From Planctomycetota bacterium (GTDB lineage Bacteria; Planctomycetota; Planctomycetia; Pirellulales; UBA7805): a stretch of DNA of 44,782 bases. Shown in pieces: positions 1-9,425 of the stretch; the stretch's first letter is position 1, and the number at the start of each line of letters is the position of its first letter. Location of the stretch: positions 1 to 44,782 of the forward strand of contig JAYZMM010000080.1 in the NCBI GenBank assembly GCA_036153155.1. The letters are read 5' to 3'. Both the position numbers and the translations under genes were made by a program. The notes beneath the pieces are model-generated. The model was not told where the DNA came from. It searched no databases and worked only from the letters and a program-made list of their open reading frames with translations.

Positions 1-414
1 GCGAACAGAAAAAGAGAACATATGCCACACAGCATATACGCTGCGTCAGAAACAGCCTTTGGACAAGTCGGCGGACGAAAAAACAAATCAACATCATCCA
101 GGAGCCGAAGCGTCGGGCAGTTGCGGGGGATCCACGTGCCAAGGGACCCCGAAGGAAGGTTGTAACGGAGTCAACCGCAACCACAGTTTCCAACTAGTAT
201 AGTCCGTTATTGCAGACTGGTCAACGAAGACTACGCCTTGAGGCAAGCGATAAAGCTCTCTATACGCATTCGAGATTCTCTTTAACAACCCCGTGCGCGC
301 GGGATTCAATCAATCGCTTCGGCATACTACAATTCGGGCTGCGCCTGCCTTCCATGCGTGATCGAGATTTCACTCGTTGTCGATCTTTGCGGCCCCACCA
401 AGTCGCCCGTTATC

Positions 415-3400
415 ATGCCTTCTTCAGATCTTCAAGTTAAAGGTGCTCGCGAACACAACCTTCGCTCGATTGACGTAACCCTTCCGCGCAATCAATTGAT
501 CTGTCTGACGGGTGTCAGCGGGAGCGGAAAAAGTTCGCTTGCCTTCGATACCGTGTTTGCCGAAGGACAACGACGGTACGTGGAAAGCCTCTCGAGTTTT
601 GCTCGCCAGTTTCTGGGCCAAATGCCCAAGCCGGAGGTAGACTCGATCGAGGGGCTGAGCCCGACTATCTCGATCTCGCAGAAAACTTCCGGTCGCAATC
701 CTCGCTCGACCGTCGGAACGATTACTGAAATTTACGATTACCTCCGCGTGCTTTACGCCAGGGTCGGGCAGGGTCATTGTCCCCAGTGCAATCGGCCCGT
801 TACAGCACAAACTCGGGAACAGATCATCGCCCAAATCCTCAGCTTTGAGGAGGGTACGCCGATCGTCGTGCTTGCACCGCTCATCCGAGGGCAAAAGGGT
901 GAGTTTCGTGACCTGTTTGATGATCTGCTGCGGCAAGGTTTCTCCCGCGCTCGCATCGATGGACGAATCGCCAGCCTGAGTGAGAATCAGAGTCTTGATC
1001 GACAGATGCGACATAACATTGAAGTCGTGATCGATCGCGTGAAGATTGACAAGCGGCAACGCGGACGGCTGGCCGAAGCAGTGGAACTGGCACTCTCGGT
1101 CGGCAAGGGCAACCTGGTGGTGGTTGCCGATCCGAAGGCATCGGCAAACGAGCAAACGGAAGCTAAAGCAGGGCGTAACAAAAAATCGTCTGTTCCTACA
1201 GAAATCTCGGGAGCAGAATTACAACTCTCTTCCGAATTTGCCTGCACGCATTGTCAGGTGAGCTTTGAGCCGCTATCGCCGCAACTCTTCAGCTTCAACA
1301 GTCCACAAGGCATGTGTGAGGCATGTGACGGGTTGGGTGAATTTTTCAGTTTTGATCCACAATTACTCGTTCCCAAGCCTGATCGCTCGATTCAACAAGG
1401 AGGCGTGGAACTGATCGGGCGACTCAAGGATTTGGGTCGCTGGAAACGACACATATACAAAGGAGTTGCAGAAACTGTTGAGCGTTTGCGTGATCTTCCG
1501 CCCGGAACCATGCTGGAAACCGCTTGGGAAGAACTCGATGAAGAGTTACAGAATCTTTGGCTTTGGGGCACCGGTGACCAGCACATCACTTATACCTGGC
1601 GCGGCGGACAGCGGGGAATGAAACACGGGGGAACCTTTGAGGGAATCATCCCCGAACTTCTCTCGAAGTATCGCAGTAGTCGCAGCACGCCACAGATCCG
1701 TAAGCTTGAAAAATACATGAATACGATCCGCTGCCCCGACTGTCAGGGGCAGCGACTCAACCCGCAAGCCCGGTCCGTAAGGATCCCAAGTGCCGATCCT
1801 CTGTTTGCGGAAAATCCATCGCGGACCCTACCGGAACTCTGCCAGTTACCGATCGCAGACGCCGTTCAATTTTTCAGTAAACTACTCCTGACCGAGACCC
1901 ATCAAACGATTGCCGACGAACTGGTCAAGGAGATCCGAGGACGACTTGGCTTTCTTGAAAATGTGGGGCTCGACTATCTGAGCCTCGATCGAACGGCGCC
2001 CACTCTATCCGGAGGAGAATCGCAGCGGATTCGACTTGCCGGTCAGATCGGTTGCGGTCTGGTAGGGGTTCTTTACATCTTGGACGAGCCATCGATCGGA
2101 CTCCATACGCGTGACAACAATCGTTTACTCGACACGCTCAACCAACTCCGCGACCTAGGTAATACGGTAGTGGTAGTGGAACATGATGAAGATACGATGC
2201 GGGCCTCTGACCATGTGATCGACTTCGGGCCAGGGCCGGGTGTCCGTGGTGGCGAACTGGTCGCGCAAGGAGACTGGAAGGCAATCGCGCGTGAGAAACG
2301 AAGTGTGACCGGACAATATTTGGCCGGAACAGAGCAGATCGAAATTCCTCAGCAGCGACGTGAGCGAGACGAGAGAGCGATTCAGGTTTTAGGCGCAACC
2401 CATAACAATTTGAAAAATATCGATGTTGAGATTCCGCTCGGTATGCTCGTGTGCGTCACAGGCGTTTCCGGCTCTGGAAAAAGTTCGTTGGTAAGCGATA
2501 TTCTCGTCGAATCATTGCGGCGCGATCTGAATGCCGGAAAAGGTGACCCCGGCGCACACGCTTCGATCGAGGGCCTTGCGCATCTCGATAAACTGATTGC
2601 GATCGATCAATCACCCATCGGTCGCACACCTCGTTCCAATCCGGCAACCTACATCAAGGTGTTTGACGAGATCCGTAAGTTATATGCGCAACTGCCCGAT
2701 GCAAAACGCCGCGGTTACTCGGCAGGTCGATTCAGTTTCAATGTGCGTGGCGGGCGGTGCGAAGCTTGCGAGGGATGTGGTGCCAACAAACTCGAAATGG
2801 ATTTTCTCGCTGCCATCTGGGTGCCGTGTCCCATCTGCAATGCAAAACGATTTAACCGGGAAACACTGGAAATTCTCTACAAGGGAAAATCGATCGCCGA
2901 TGTACTTGAAATGGATATCCAGCAAGCGCTGCTCCACTTTGAAAACATTCCAAAAATTTATGACAAGCTGAAAACGTTGCATGACGTGGGGCTTGATTAC
3001 ATGAAACTCGGCCAACCGTCGCCCACGTTGTCCGGTGGTGAAGCACAGAGAATCAAACTTGCACGGGAGTTGGTCAAGAGAAGCACCGGTAAAACACTCT
3101 ATCTACTCGATGAACCGACGACTGGGTTGCACTTTGCCGATATCAAGATGCTGCTTTCGGTGCTGCAGAATTTTGTCGAGGCCGGCAACACGGTTTTGGT
3201 GGTCGAACACAATCTTGATGTGATCAAAACTGCTGATTGGGTAATTGATCTCGGACCCGAAGGGGGTGCTGCGGGAGGACGGCTTGTGGCGGAGGGGACG
3301 CCCGAATCGATCGCACGGGTGAGTGCTTCCCATACGGGCCGTTCACTGAAACGTTATTTCAATGAAAGCGAGAAGTCTGCAACCAAGCGGGCGCCGAAAA

Positions 3401-6400
3401 AATCAAAACCAGCGTCAACTGAAATTCGTGTTCGCGGAGCAAGGCAACACAATCTCAAGGGAGTCGACGTCAAAATTCCACGTGATGCCATGACCGTCTG
3501 CTGCGGCGTGAGTGGCAGTGGAAAAACCTCGCTGGCGATGGATACGATCTATGCCGAGGGACAGCGACGCTATGTTGAAAGTCTCAGCAGTTATGCGCGC
3601 CAATTTGTCGCTCAGATGCAAAAGCCCCCTCTCGACCAAATCGAGGGACTCTCTCCTTCGGTTGCCATTGAGCAGCGGCATATGGGGCACACTCCTCGCT
3701 CCACGGTTGGCACGGTCACCGAAATTTATGATTATCTGCGGATCCTGATCTCAAGAGTTGGCACGCCTCATTGTCCGGCATGCATGTCGGTGATCGGAAC
3801 ACAAACGGTTGACGAAATTATCGAGCGAATTGTCACAAAACCTCAAGGAACACAACTCTACCTGCTTGCACCGTTGACGATTTCGGTCGGCGAAAGATAT
3901 GAAGCACTTTGGGACCAGATTCGAGCACGTGGTTATATCCGGGTACGGATTGATGGGCAGACCTATTCGATTGATGAGACGCCCGAAATTGACCGTCGCC
4001 GAAAACACACCGTCGAAGTCGTTGTCGACCGGGTTACGATTCGAGCCAACACGCGAGGTCGTGTGGCGGAAAGTGTGGAAACCGCATTGGGGATCGGCGA
4101 AGGTACCATTCGGATTGCGGTGGTTGATAAAGAAAAGTCAGAAAATCGTTGGAAGTTGGAAACCCATAGCCAGCACTTCGCCTGCGATCAATGTGGTCGT
4201 AGTTTCGAGCCGCTCGGACCACATCACTTCTCTTTTAACAGTCCTTTGGGTTGGTGTGAATCGTGTGAAGGGCTGGGAACCGAAACTGGTACCAATCTGA
4301 CGGCACTGCTGCGGGATGGAAAACGTTCGCTGCGGGAAGGTGCCGTCGCCATCTGGCCGAATGTCGATCAGCAAATTTCACAGTGGATGCTCGACGCACT
4401 GGCGGCACAGCTAGATTTACCTGTGGATGAGCCCTTTGAGACCTTGTCGCACAGTGCGCGGCGGGCGGTGCTTTATGGAACAGGTGAAACATGGCTCGAA
4501 GTACGGCCCGACCGCAAGCAGGCAAAAAACAGTCCGCCCCTATTTCGCTTCCAATACAAGGGCCTTTACCCCGCACTCGATGAGGCGGCGCGACTCTCAG
4601 CACGCCTACGGGGACGGATGGAGCACTTGCTTAGCGAAGTGGAATGCAGCCAGTGCAGTGGAAGTCGATTGCGAGACGATGCCTCTGCGGTCCAATTCCG
4701 TGGCAAAACGATCGCCGATTTCTGTCGCCTGCCGCTAGGTGTTTTGCGTGAGGAGATCTGCGGGTGGAAACTGGATACACGGGAAAAGAAGATCGCCGGC
4801 GAGTTGGTTCGCGAAATTACCAACCGTGTCACTTTTTTGTGCGATGTGGGCCTGGAATACCTCTCGCTCGCGCGTCCCGCACCCAGCCTCTCTGGCGGTG
4901 AATCGCAGCGTATCCGGCTTGCAAGTCAGGTCGGCAGCGGCCTTTGCGGCGTGCTCTACGTACTGGACGAACCGACCATTGGATTGCACCCTCGCGACAA
5001 TCGCCGCCTGCTCGCAGCATTGCATCAACTACGCGATCTTGGCAATACGCTGCTGCTAGTGGAACACGATCGAGAGGTACTTGCTGCAGCCGATCATCTG
5101 CTTGATTTCGGACCCGGTGCAGGACGACACGGTGGAACGATTGTTGCTCAGGGCGACGAGAAGACCCTTGGACGCAAACGGGGGTCGGTCACCGGTCCTT
5201 ACCTCACCGGGAAAAAAGCGATCCCGATTCCCACCAACCGCCGAACCAATTCCACTGAGCAACCGTCAACACAGAAAAAAAAGAGTGCGAAAAAATCTTC
5301 CTCAAAACAACGTGTGATGCGCAAACCGGCCATTCCTATGGCCGAGCAAATTGAAATCATTGGCGCGCGACACAACAATCTGCAGAATCTGGATGTCGCA
5401 ATTCCGCTCGGCACGCTGACGGCGATCACCGGCGTAAGCGGTAGTGGAAAAAGCTCCTTGATTAATGACATTCTCTATAGTGCACTTGCGAGGCGACTCC
5501 ACCGAGCGCAGACAAGCCCCGCCCCGCACGATGAAATTCGCGGCATCCAGTACATCAACAAAGTTATCCGGGTCGATCAGCGACCGCTGGGGAACTCACC
5601 GACTTCGAATCCGGCAACCTACACCGGGTTGTTTGATCTGATTCGCACCCTCTTCGCGCAACTTCCCGAGGCGAAGGTGCGGGGTTACACCCCGAGACGA
5701 TTCAGTTTCAACGCTGCGGGTGGACGCTGTGACGATTGCGATGGCAATGGTCAATTGGCTGTCGAAATGCACTTTCTTCCCGACATCTGGGTTGAATGTG
5801 ATACCTGTCACGGAAAACGATACAACCCCGAAACGCTGAGCGTAGAATATCACGGTCGTAATATTGCCGATGTATTGGAAATGCCATGCGAAGATGCGCT
5901 GCAGTTATTCGACAAAATTCCCAAGATCCGACGTATTCTTAACACCCTGTGCGATGTGGGTCTCGGATACCTTCAACTCGGACAGGCGGCACCGACGCTC
6001 TCGGGTGGTGAGGCCCAACGGGTAAAGTTAGCTGCCGAACTCTCCCGCCCAGACACGGGTCAAACACTCTATCTCCTCGATGAACCAACAACTGGTCTCC
6101 ATTTTGAAGACTTGCGCAAACTATTGGATGTGCTACATCGTCTGGTCGACCTGGGCAATTCGGTGGTGGTGATTGAGCATAACCTTGATGTCATCAAATC
6201 GGCTGACTGGGTGATTGACCTGGGTCCGGAAGCAGGTAGTGACGGAGGCGAGGTGGTGACCTGGGGCACGCCGGAACAGGTTGCACTTTATGGGAAGAAG
6301 GCGTTGAGCAGCAAACGACTCCCGCGGAGCCATACCGGTGAAGTCCTTGCTGAGGTGCTTGATGCGGGACCTTACAAAAAACGGAAGGTGCATAATTTTG

Positions 6401-7413
6401 CAGCCGACACCAAAGAAAAATTCGGTGATATCGACATCACAGACATTGGGAATAGCCAGAAGATGCCCTGGGAAATCGATGGCCATCGTTGGCATACCAA
6501 AACCCGTGTCTCTCGAAGTGGAGAAACATGCAATTGGGATGGTGCCGTTGTCGAGCGGATTGTGGAATACATTGAAAGGGCAGGGGGCTTTCGTGATACG
6601 GACTGGAATAACCGAAGCGTGGTGGAAATTGCGGCAACCAAAAAAACGCATGGCTGGTTTTTTCATGCACTCACAGGAGAACCTTGGTTGGTCAAACTCA
6701 AATTCCGGACTGCTTCGCGGACGTTTCAGCACGCCACTCTCGTCGAGCGGGTCGGCATGACACCCCTTAATGATATGCACGATCTGCCGATATACGGGAC
6801 CGATCCCCGCGTGCGATGCAAAAATCTTCGCGGACCATGGCAGGAGATTGAACTCCAAGTTTCAACAATGCGGGAGATCGACCATCCGGCGTTTTGGGAA
6901 ATGCTCGATCAGGCTATCGCCGGATTTAAAAAGATCACCGATAAAAAAGAACAGCATCCCGAGGATGTGATGCCCTGGAAGGTGCTGGGTGAAAAATGGC
7001 ATTATGCCTCCAAAGGCTTTCCTCTGGGAAAAAAGCGCGAGTGGCCCGCCTCGCTTTTGGAAAAACTGCATCGCTTGCTCGAAAAGGTCGCCCCAGAGGG
7101 AGATTTCATCTGGACCAATCAGCAGGTGGTGCATCTGGTTGTGCCGGGACAAAAAGAGCCCTGGGCTACGCTGCATACCAAGCGATCGCAAGCCCTCGAG
7201 TTGTCAATTTCCGGACCGCACGGCCAATTCACCCTGGGCCGCATTGCGCGACTGGGCAACAGTCGCTCGCTGAGTGCGGGTTCGCTGGACACCTTCAAAT
7301 TCGCGTTCCGTGATCTCAAAGGCTTCCAGAATAGCGATCCGGAACATGGTGATTTGGAGGCTTTTCTCAAGGAACATCTAGCTCGGATCGCTCCCTCCGT
7401 AGTACCTGCCTAG
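415..7413 (+). CDS. uvrA: Tandem-duplicated UvrA-like protein (two complete excinuclease ABC subunit A units fused in one chain) with a duplicated C-terminal extension; 2332 aa from ATG 415
   Basis: The ORF is uninterrupted from 358 to 7413. ATG 415 gives MPSSDLQVKGAREHNL, the usual UvrA N-terminus, whereas the GTG at 358 adds 19 non-conserved residues. Four Walker A motifs GVSGSGK(S/T)S lie at nt 511, 2461, 3505 and 5431. There are four ABC signatures: LSGGESQRIRLA twice, LSGGEAQRIKLA and LSGGEAQRVKLA. Cys-x2-Cys zinc modules are present in both halves. Unit 1 spans ~415-3417, unit 2 ~3418-6370 and the extension ~6371-7410. The stop TAG 7411-7413 shares the palindrome CTAG with the stop of the convergent gene. 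Confidence 0.92.
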   Translation: MPSSDLQVKGAREHNLRSIDVTLPRNQLICLTGVSGSGKSSLAFDTVFAEGQRRYVESLSSFARQFLGQMPKPEVDSIEGLSPTISISQKTSGRNPRSTVGTITEIYDYLRVLYARVGQGHCPQCNRPVTAQTREQIIAQILSFEEGTPIVVLAPLIRGQKGEFRDLFDDLLRQGFSRARIDGRIASLSENQSLDRQMRHNIEVVIDRVKIDKRQRGRLAEAVELALSVGKGNLVVVADPKASANEQTEAKAGRNKKSSVPTEISGAELQLSSEFACTHCQVSFEPLSPQLFSFNSPQGMCEACDGLGEFFSFDPQLLVPKPDRSIQQGGVELIGRLKDLGRWKRHIYKGVAETVERLRDLPPGTMLETAWEELDEELQNLWLWGTGDQHITYTWRGGQRGMKHGGTFEGIIPELLSKYRSSRSTPQIRKLEKYMNTIRCPDCQGQRLNPQARSVRIPSADPLFAENPSRTLPELCQLPIADAVQFFSKLLLTETHQTIADELVKEIRGRLGFLENVGLDYLSLDRTAPTLSGGESQRIRLAGQIGCGLVGVLYILDEPSIGLHTRDNNRLLDTLNQLRDLGNTVVVVEHDEDTMRASDHVIDFGPGPGVRGGELVAQGDWKAIAREKRSVTGQYLAGTEQIEIPQQRRERDERAIQVLGATHNNLKNIDVEIPLGMLVCVTGVSGSGKSSLVSDILVESLRRDLNAGKGDPGAHASIEGLAHLDKLIAIDQSPIGRTPRSNPATYIKVFDEIRKLYAQLPDAKRRGYSAGRFSFNVRGGRCEACEGCGANKLEMDFLAAIWVPCPICNAKRFNRETLEILYKGKSIADVLEMDIQQALLHFENIPKIYDKLKTLHDVGLDYMKLGQPSPTLSGGEAQRIKLARELVKRSTGKTLYLLDEPTTGLHFADIKMLLSVLQNFVEAGNTVLVVEHNLDVIKTADWVIDLGPEGGAAGGRLVAEGTPESIARVSASHTGRSLKRYFNESEKSATKRAPKKSKPASTEIRVRGARQHNLKGVDVKIPRDAMTVCCGVSGSGKTSLAMDTIYAEGQRRYVESLSSYARQFVAQMQKPPLDQIEGLSPSVAIEQRHMGHTPRSTVGTVTEIYDYLRILISRVGTPHCPACMSVIGTQTVDEIIERIVTKPQGTQLYLLAPLTISVGERYEALWDQIRARGYIRVRIDGQTYSIDETPEIDRRRKHTVEVVVDRVTIRANTRGRVAESVETALGIGEGTIRIAVVDKEKSENRWKLETHSQHFACDQCGRSFEPLGPHHFSFNSPLGWCESCEGLGTETGTNLTALLRDGKRSLREGAVAIWPNVDQQISQWMLDALAAQLDLPVDEPFETLSHSARRAVLYGTGETWLEVRPDRKQAKNSPPLFRFQYKGLYPALDEAARLSARLRGRMEHLLSEVECSQCSGSRLRDDASAVQFRGKTIADFCRLPLGVLREEICGWKLDTREKKIAGELVREITNRVTFLCDVGLEYLSLARPAPSLSGGESQRIRLASQVGSGLCGVLYVLDEPTIGLHPRDNRRLLAALHQLRDLGNTLLLVEHDREVLAAADHLLDFGPGAGRHGGTIVAQGDEKTLGRKRGSVTGPYLTGKKAIPIPTNRRTNSTEQPSTQKKKSAKKSSSKQRVMRKPAIPMAEQIEIIGARHNNLQNLDVAIPLGTLTAITGVSGSGKSSLINDILYSALARRLHRAQTSPAPHDEIRGIQYINKVIRVDQRPLGNSPTSNPATYTGLFDLIRTLFAQLPEAKVRGYTPRRFSFNAAGGRCDDCDGNGQLAVEMHFLPDIWVECDTCHGKRYNPETLSVEYHGRNIADVLEMPCEDALQLFDKIPKIRRILNTLCDVGLGYLQLGQAAPTLSGGEAQRVKLAAELSRPDTGQTLYLLDEPTTGLHFEDLRKLLDVLHRLVDLGNSVVVIEHNLDVIKSADWVIDLGPEAGSDGGEVVTWGTPEQVALYGKKALSSKRLPRSHTGEVLAEVLDAGPYKKRKVHNFAADTKEKFGDIDITDIGNSQKMPWEIDGHRWHTKTRVSRSGETCNWDGAVVERIVEYIERAGGFRDTDWNNRSVVEIAATKKTHGWFFHALTGEPWLVKLKFRTASRTFQHATLVERVGMTPLNDMHDLPIYGTDPRVRCKNLRGPWQEIELQVSTMREIDHPAFWEMLDQAIAGFKKITDKKEQHPEDVMPWKVLGEKWHYASKGFPLGKKREWPASLLEKLHRLLEKVAPEGDFIWTNQQVVHLVVPGQKEPWATLHTKRSQALELSISGPHGQFTLGRIARLGNSRSLSAGSLDTFKFAFRDLKGFQNSDPEHGDLEAFLKEHLARIAPSVVPA

Positions 7414-8528
7414 GGCTTATCTGGTTGCAGGCTGGCCAAGGTGGAAACCCACAGAAAAGGTTGCGCTGCATCATCCAACCGCACCGCAAAAGTGAGTTGA
7501 TGTTGCCGCAAAAGCTGTCGCAGGACTGCCGAGTGTATAAATCGTCCTGCTCGCATTGTGACGTTTGCATTGGCTTTCACGCCTGCCCTCGCCAATTCCC
7601 GATCATCGAGCAGGATAGGGACCCCCATGCGGGCCGCAAGTTGGAGCATCGCATCGCGGAGTGGCAACGTGACTTTCTGTGTCTCAACTTGCTTACCGAG
7701 CACCGGCATAGTCCGGGCAGCCGATTGATCAGAATCCCAGCCTACGGGCCAGACTTGGCTCTTATTTGTTTTTTCGATCACCCGCCAACGATCAGCCCCA
7801 TCTAATGGATAAAGTCCCAAGCCAAGGGGTCGCAATAACGCGGCCAGTGCCGTACCTGTGGCCAGCCCCTCGAGATTCTCGGAAGAGGTGACAGATCGCA
7901 CGATTTTCTCCCGCTGACGTTTATCAATCGCTAGAGGCAGACGCTGTTCAGCAAGTAATCGATCGATTAATTCGGCTCGTTCCATTCCGTCCGTCGCAAT
8001 ATTTACCTGGGCGGACATCTGCTGGCGAGCGCGATCCAATTGTGCTGCGGACAAACCGAAGGGACCCTGCGTATTGTCACCGGTACCATCGCCCCCCTGT
8101 TGCAGATTACGCAACCATTCCTTGATCTTTCGAAATTCACGTTGATTGAATTGATCGCCGGACGGAAAGACGATCCGGTCGTTGCGTAAAAATGCGATCA
8201 CGCGATAGCGCGGAAATTTAGCAGTTCCGATATTTTCTACGCCGGGCGCATCGCCCAACCGCTTACTGCGAATAGAAACACGACTGAACCCTGCTTTGCC
8301 CAGAACCTCGGCCCATTCCTGAGGCGCAAGAATAGAGCGGTTCCCTTCGTTGATCACTTCAATGTCCACCGCCGGAGCGGCTGCATCTGCAGCCGCCGGA
8401 CCATAGAAGCTCAGGCAAAACCATAAACTGAACAAGGTAATCCAAAGCCATCGCATGCAAAGTTCAATCCGCTTGCGACCGATGACCCATGAAGCGCGCA
8501 TGCTGATTCGCAATCTGAGAGTATTCAT
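7410..8528 (-). CDS. Hypothetical exported protein (N-terminal hydrophobic signal-like segment), no recognisable family
   Basis: A 372-codon ORF convergent with uvrA. The segment MRWLWITLFSLWFCLSFYGPAAADAAA looks like a signal peptide, so the true start may be ATG 8456 rather than 8528. I recognise no catalytic motifs. Confidence 0.6.
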   Translation of the reverse strand: MNTLRLRISMRASWVIGRKRIELCMRWLWITLFSLWFCLSFYGPAAADAAAPAVDIEVINEGNRSILAPQEWAEVLGKAGFSRVSIRSKRLGDAPGVENIGTAKFPRYRVIAFLRNDRIVFPSGDQFNQREFRKIKEWLRNLQQGGDGTGDNTQGPFGLSAAQLDRARQQMSAQVNIATDGMERAELIDRLLAEQRLPLAIDKRQREKIVRSVTSSENLEGLATGTALAALLRPLGLGLYPLDGADRWRVIEKTNKSQVWPVGWDSDQSAARTMPVLGKQVETQKVTLPLRDAMLQLAARMGVPILLDDRELARAGVKANANVTMRAGRFIHSAVLRQLLRQHQLTFAVRLDDAAQPFLWVSTLASLQPDKP

Positions 8529-8756
8529 GATTGATTTTTGATGGATCTTTAAAGGATCGATTGGTAAACGACCGATCAGACTCGTCCGATTATATCGCTT
8601 TCATATTTTTCTGGGGGCACGAGCGATCGGCAATTCGTTGTAACACGTTCCATCTGCAGTACCGCGAATCGCTTTTCCTCGCGACCGATATGTTTTACAC
8701 TACGCGTACTCAAAGCGTACTCAGATTAAGGTCGGCAAACCCAGCCAGGTGTACTC

Positions 8757-9425
8757 ATGGCCCCATTATTGGCAGACATCCAGGATATACTCGGTGCGAT
8801 CGTTCCGGTGCTGTTTGTGATCTTCTGGGTGATCAGCCAGGTCATCGCGGGCATCAATAAGGCCCGCAGGGGGCAGGCCGCACCGCCGCAGCAGTTTCCT
8901 CCGCAGAAAATTCCGCCTTCACCTGAAGAGGATGCATTGGCAAAGGAAATCGAACGATTTTTGGGACAAAAACGAGAGCCGGCACGTCCGCGGGAACAAC
9001 TTCCCCGCCCTGCCGATTCTGTCGTCACGGCCGAGGTAACCCGGCCCACTCCCGAGAGCACAACCAAGGCACCGCCGAGGGAACCGCTAACGCGTACCGG
9101 CGGTAACCGATCAGACCGCAGTGTGCAGCGTCAAGAAAGCTCGAGGAAAAAGAAAGTTACTCCTGCGGGGCAATCGATCGGTTCCACGATTGCAAAACAG
9201 AAACGCCAAACTGACGGTCCACAACCGTTGACAACCTTGCCTGGAAATATCCCTGCACCTCCACCGATGAATACCGGTGGAGTGCAAGACGTCGGTATTA
9301 TTGATCTTCCCGACAGTGGAGCGACCGATGTGAATCCATGGCAGGCCATGATCAGTGACCCGACGACGTTACGACAGGCGTTTCTTCTGAGTCAGATTTT
9401 TTCCCGTCCGGAAGATCGTTGGTAA
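8757..9425 (+). CDS. Hypothetical membrane-anchored protein with a proline/basic-rich low-complexity tail
   Basis: ATG 8757. The N-terminal hydrophobic helix is GAIVPVLFVIFWVISQVIAGI, followed by a P/Q/R/K-rich sequence. The stop TAA 9423-9425 directly abuts ATG 9426 of the next gene, which suggests translational coupling. Confidence 0.6.
   Translation: MAPLLADIQDILGAIVPVLFVIFWVISQVIAGINKARRGQAAPPQQFPPQKIPPSPEEDALAKEIERFLGQKREPARPREQLPRPADSVVTAEVTRPTPESTTKAPPREPLTRTGGNRSDRSVQRQESSRKKKVTPAGQSIGSTIAKQKRQTDGPQPLTTLPGNIPAPPPMNTGGVQDVGIIDLPDSGATDVNPWQAMISDPTTLRQAFLLSQIFSRPEDRW

Noticed and set aside
141-170. SRP-RNA-like GAAGGAAGG motif upstream of uvrA.
   Set aside because: It lacks the GNRA-closed helix 8 context and the conserved AGCA of the symmetric loop. 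No complementary 3' strand was found.
94-309. A 71-aa minus-strand ORF divergent from uvrA.
   Set aside because: It has a TTG start and no SD-like sequence. Its Trp/Pro-rich composition has no recognisable motif. I could not support it as a gene, though it cannot be excluded without comparative data.
358-414. ORF-track N-terminal extensions: uvrA from GTG 358, phosphorylase from 12866, cls from 17718, csrA from 27429 and oxidoreductase from 35652.
   Set aside because: The extensions overlap upstream genes or a tRNA (35652 overlaps tRNA-Leu). They add sequence with no family similarity. Internal ATGs preceded by SD-like motifs give the canonical N-termini.
415-6370. The idea that the UvrA duplication is an assembly or collapse artefact of two uvrA copies.
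   Set aside because: The two halves differ at about one third of amino-acid positions and at most synonymous sites. They are joined in frame by a unique Lys-rich linker, and each has distinct insertions. An assembly artefact would produce near-identical repeats.
6133-6858. Long antisense ORFs inside uvrA. This one stands for the similar cases at 424-1155, 23084-23791 in aceE, 24717-25337 and 24739-25287 in aceF, 12668-13204, 33363-33890 and 15037-15588.
   Set aside because: All lie fully within genes whose products carry strong family motifs. Their translations are compositionally skewed (Arg/Ser/Cys-rich) and motif-free.
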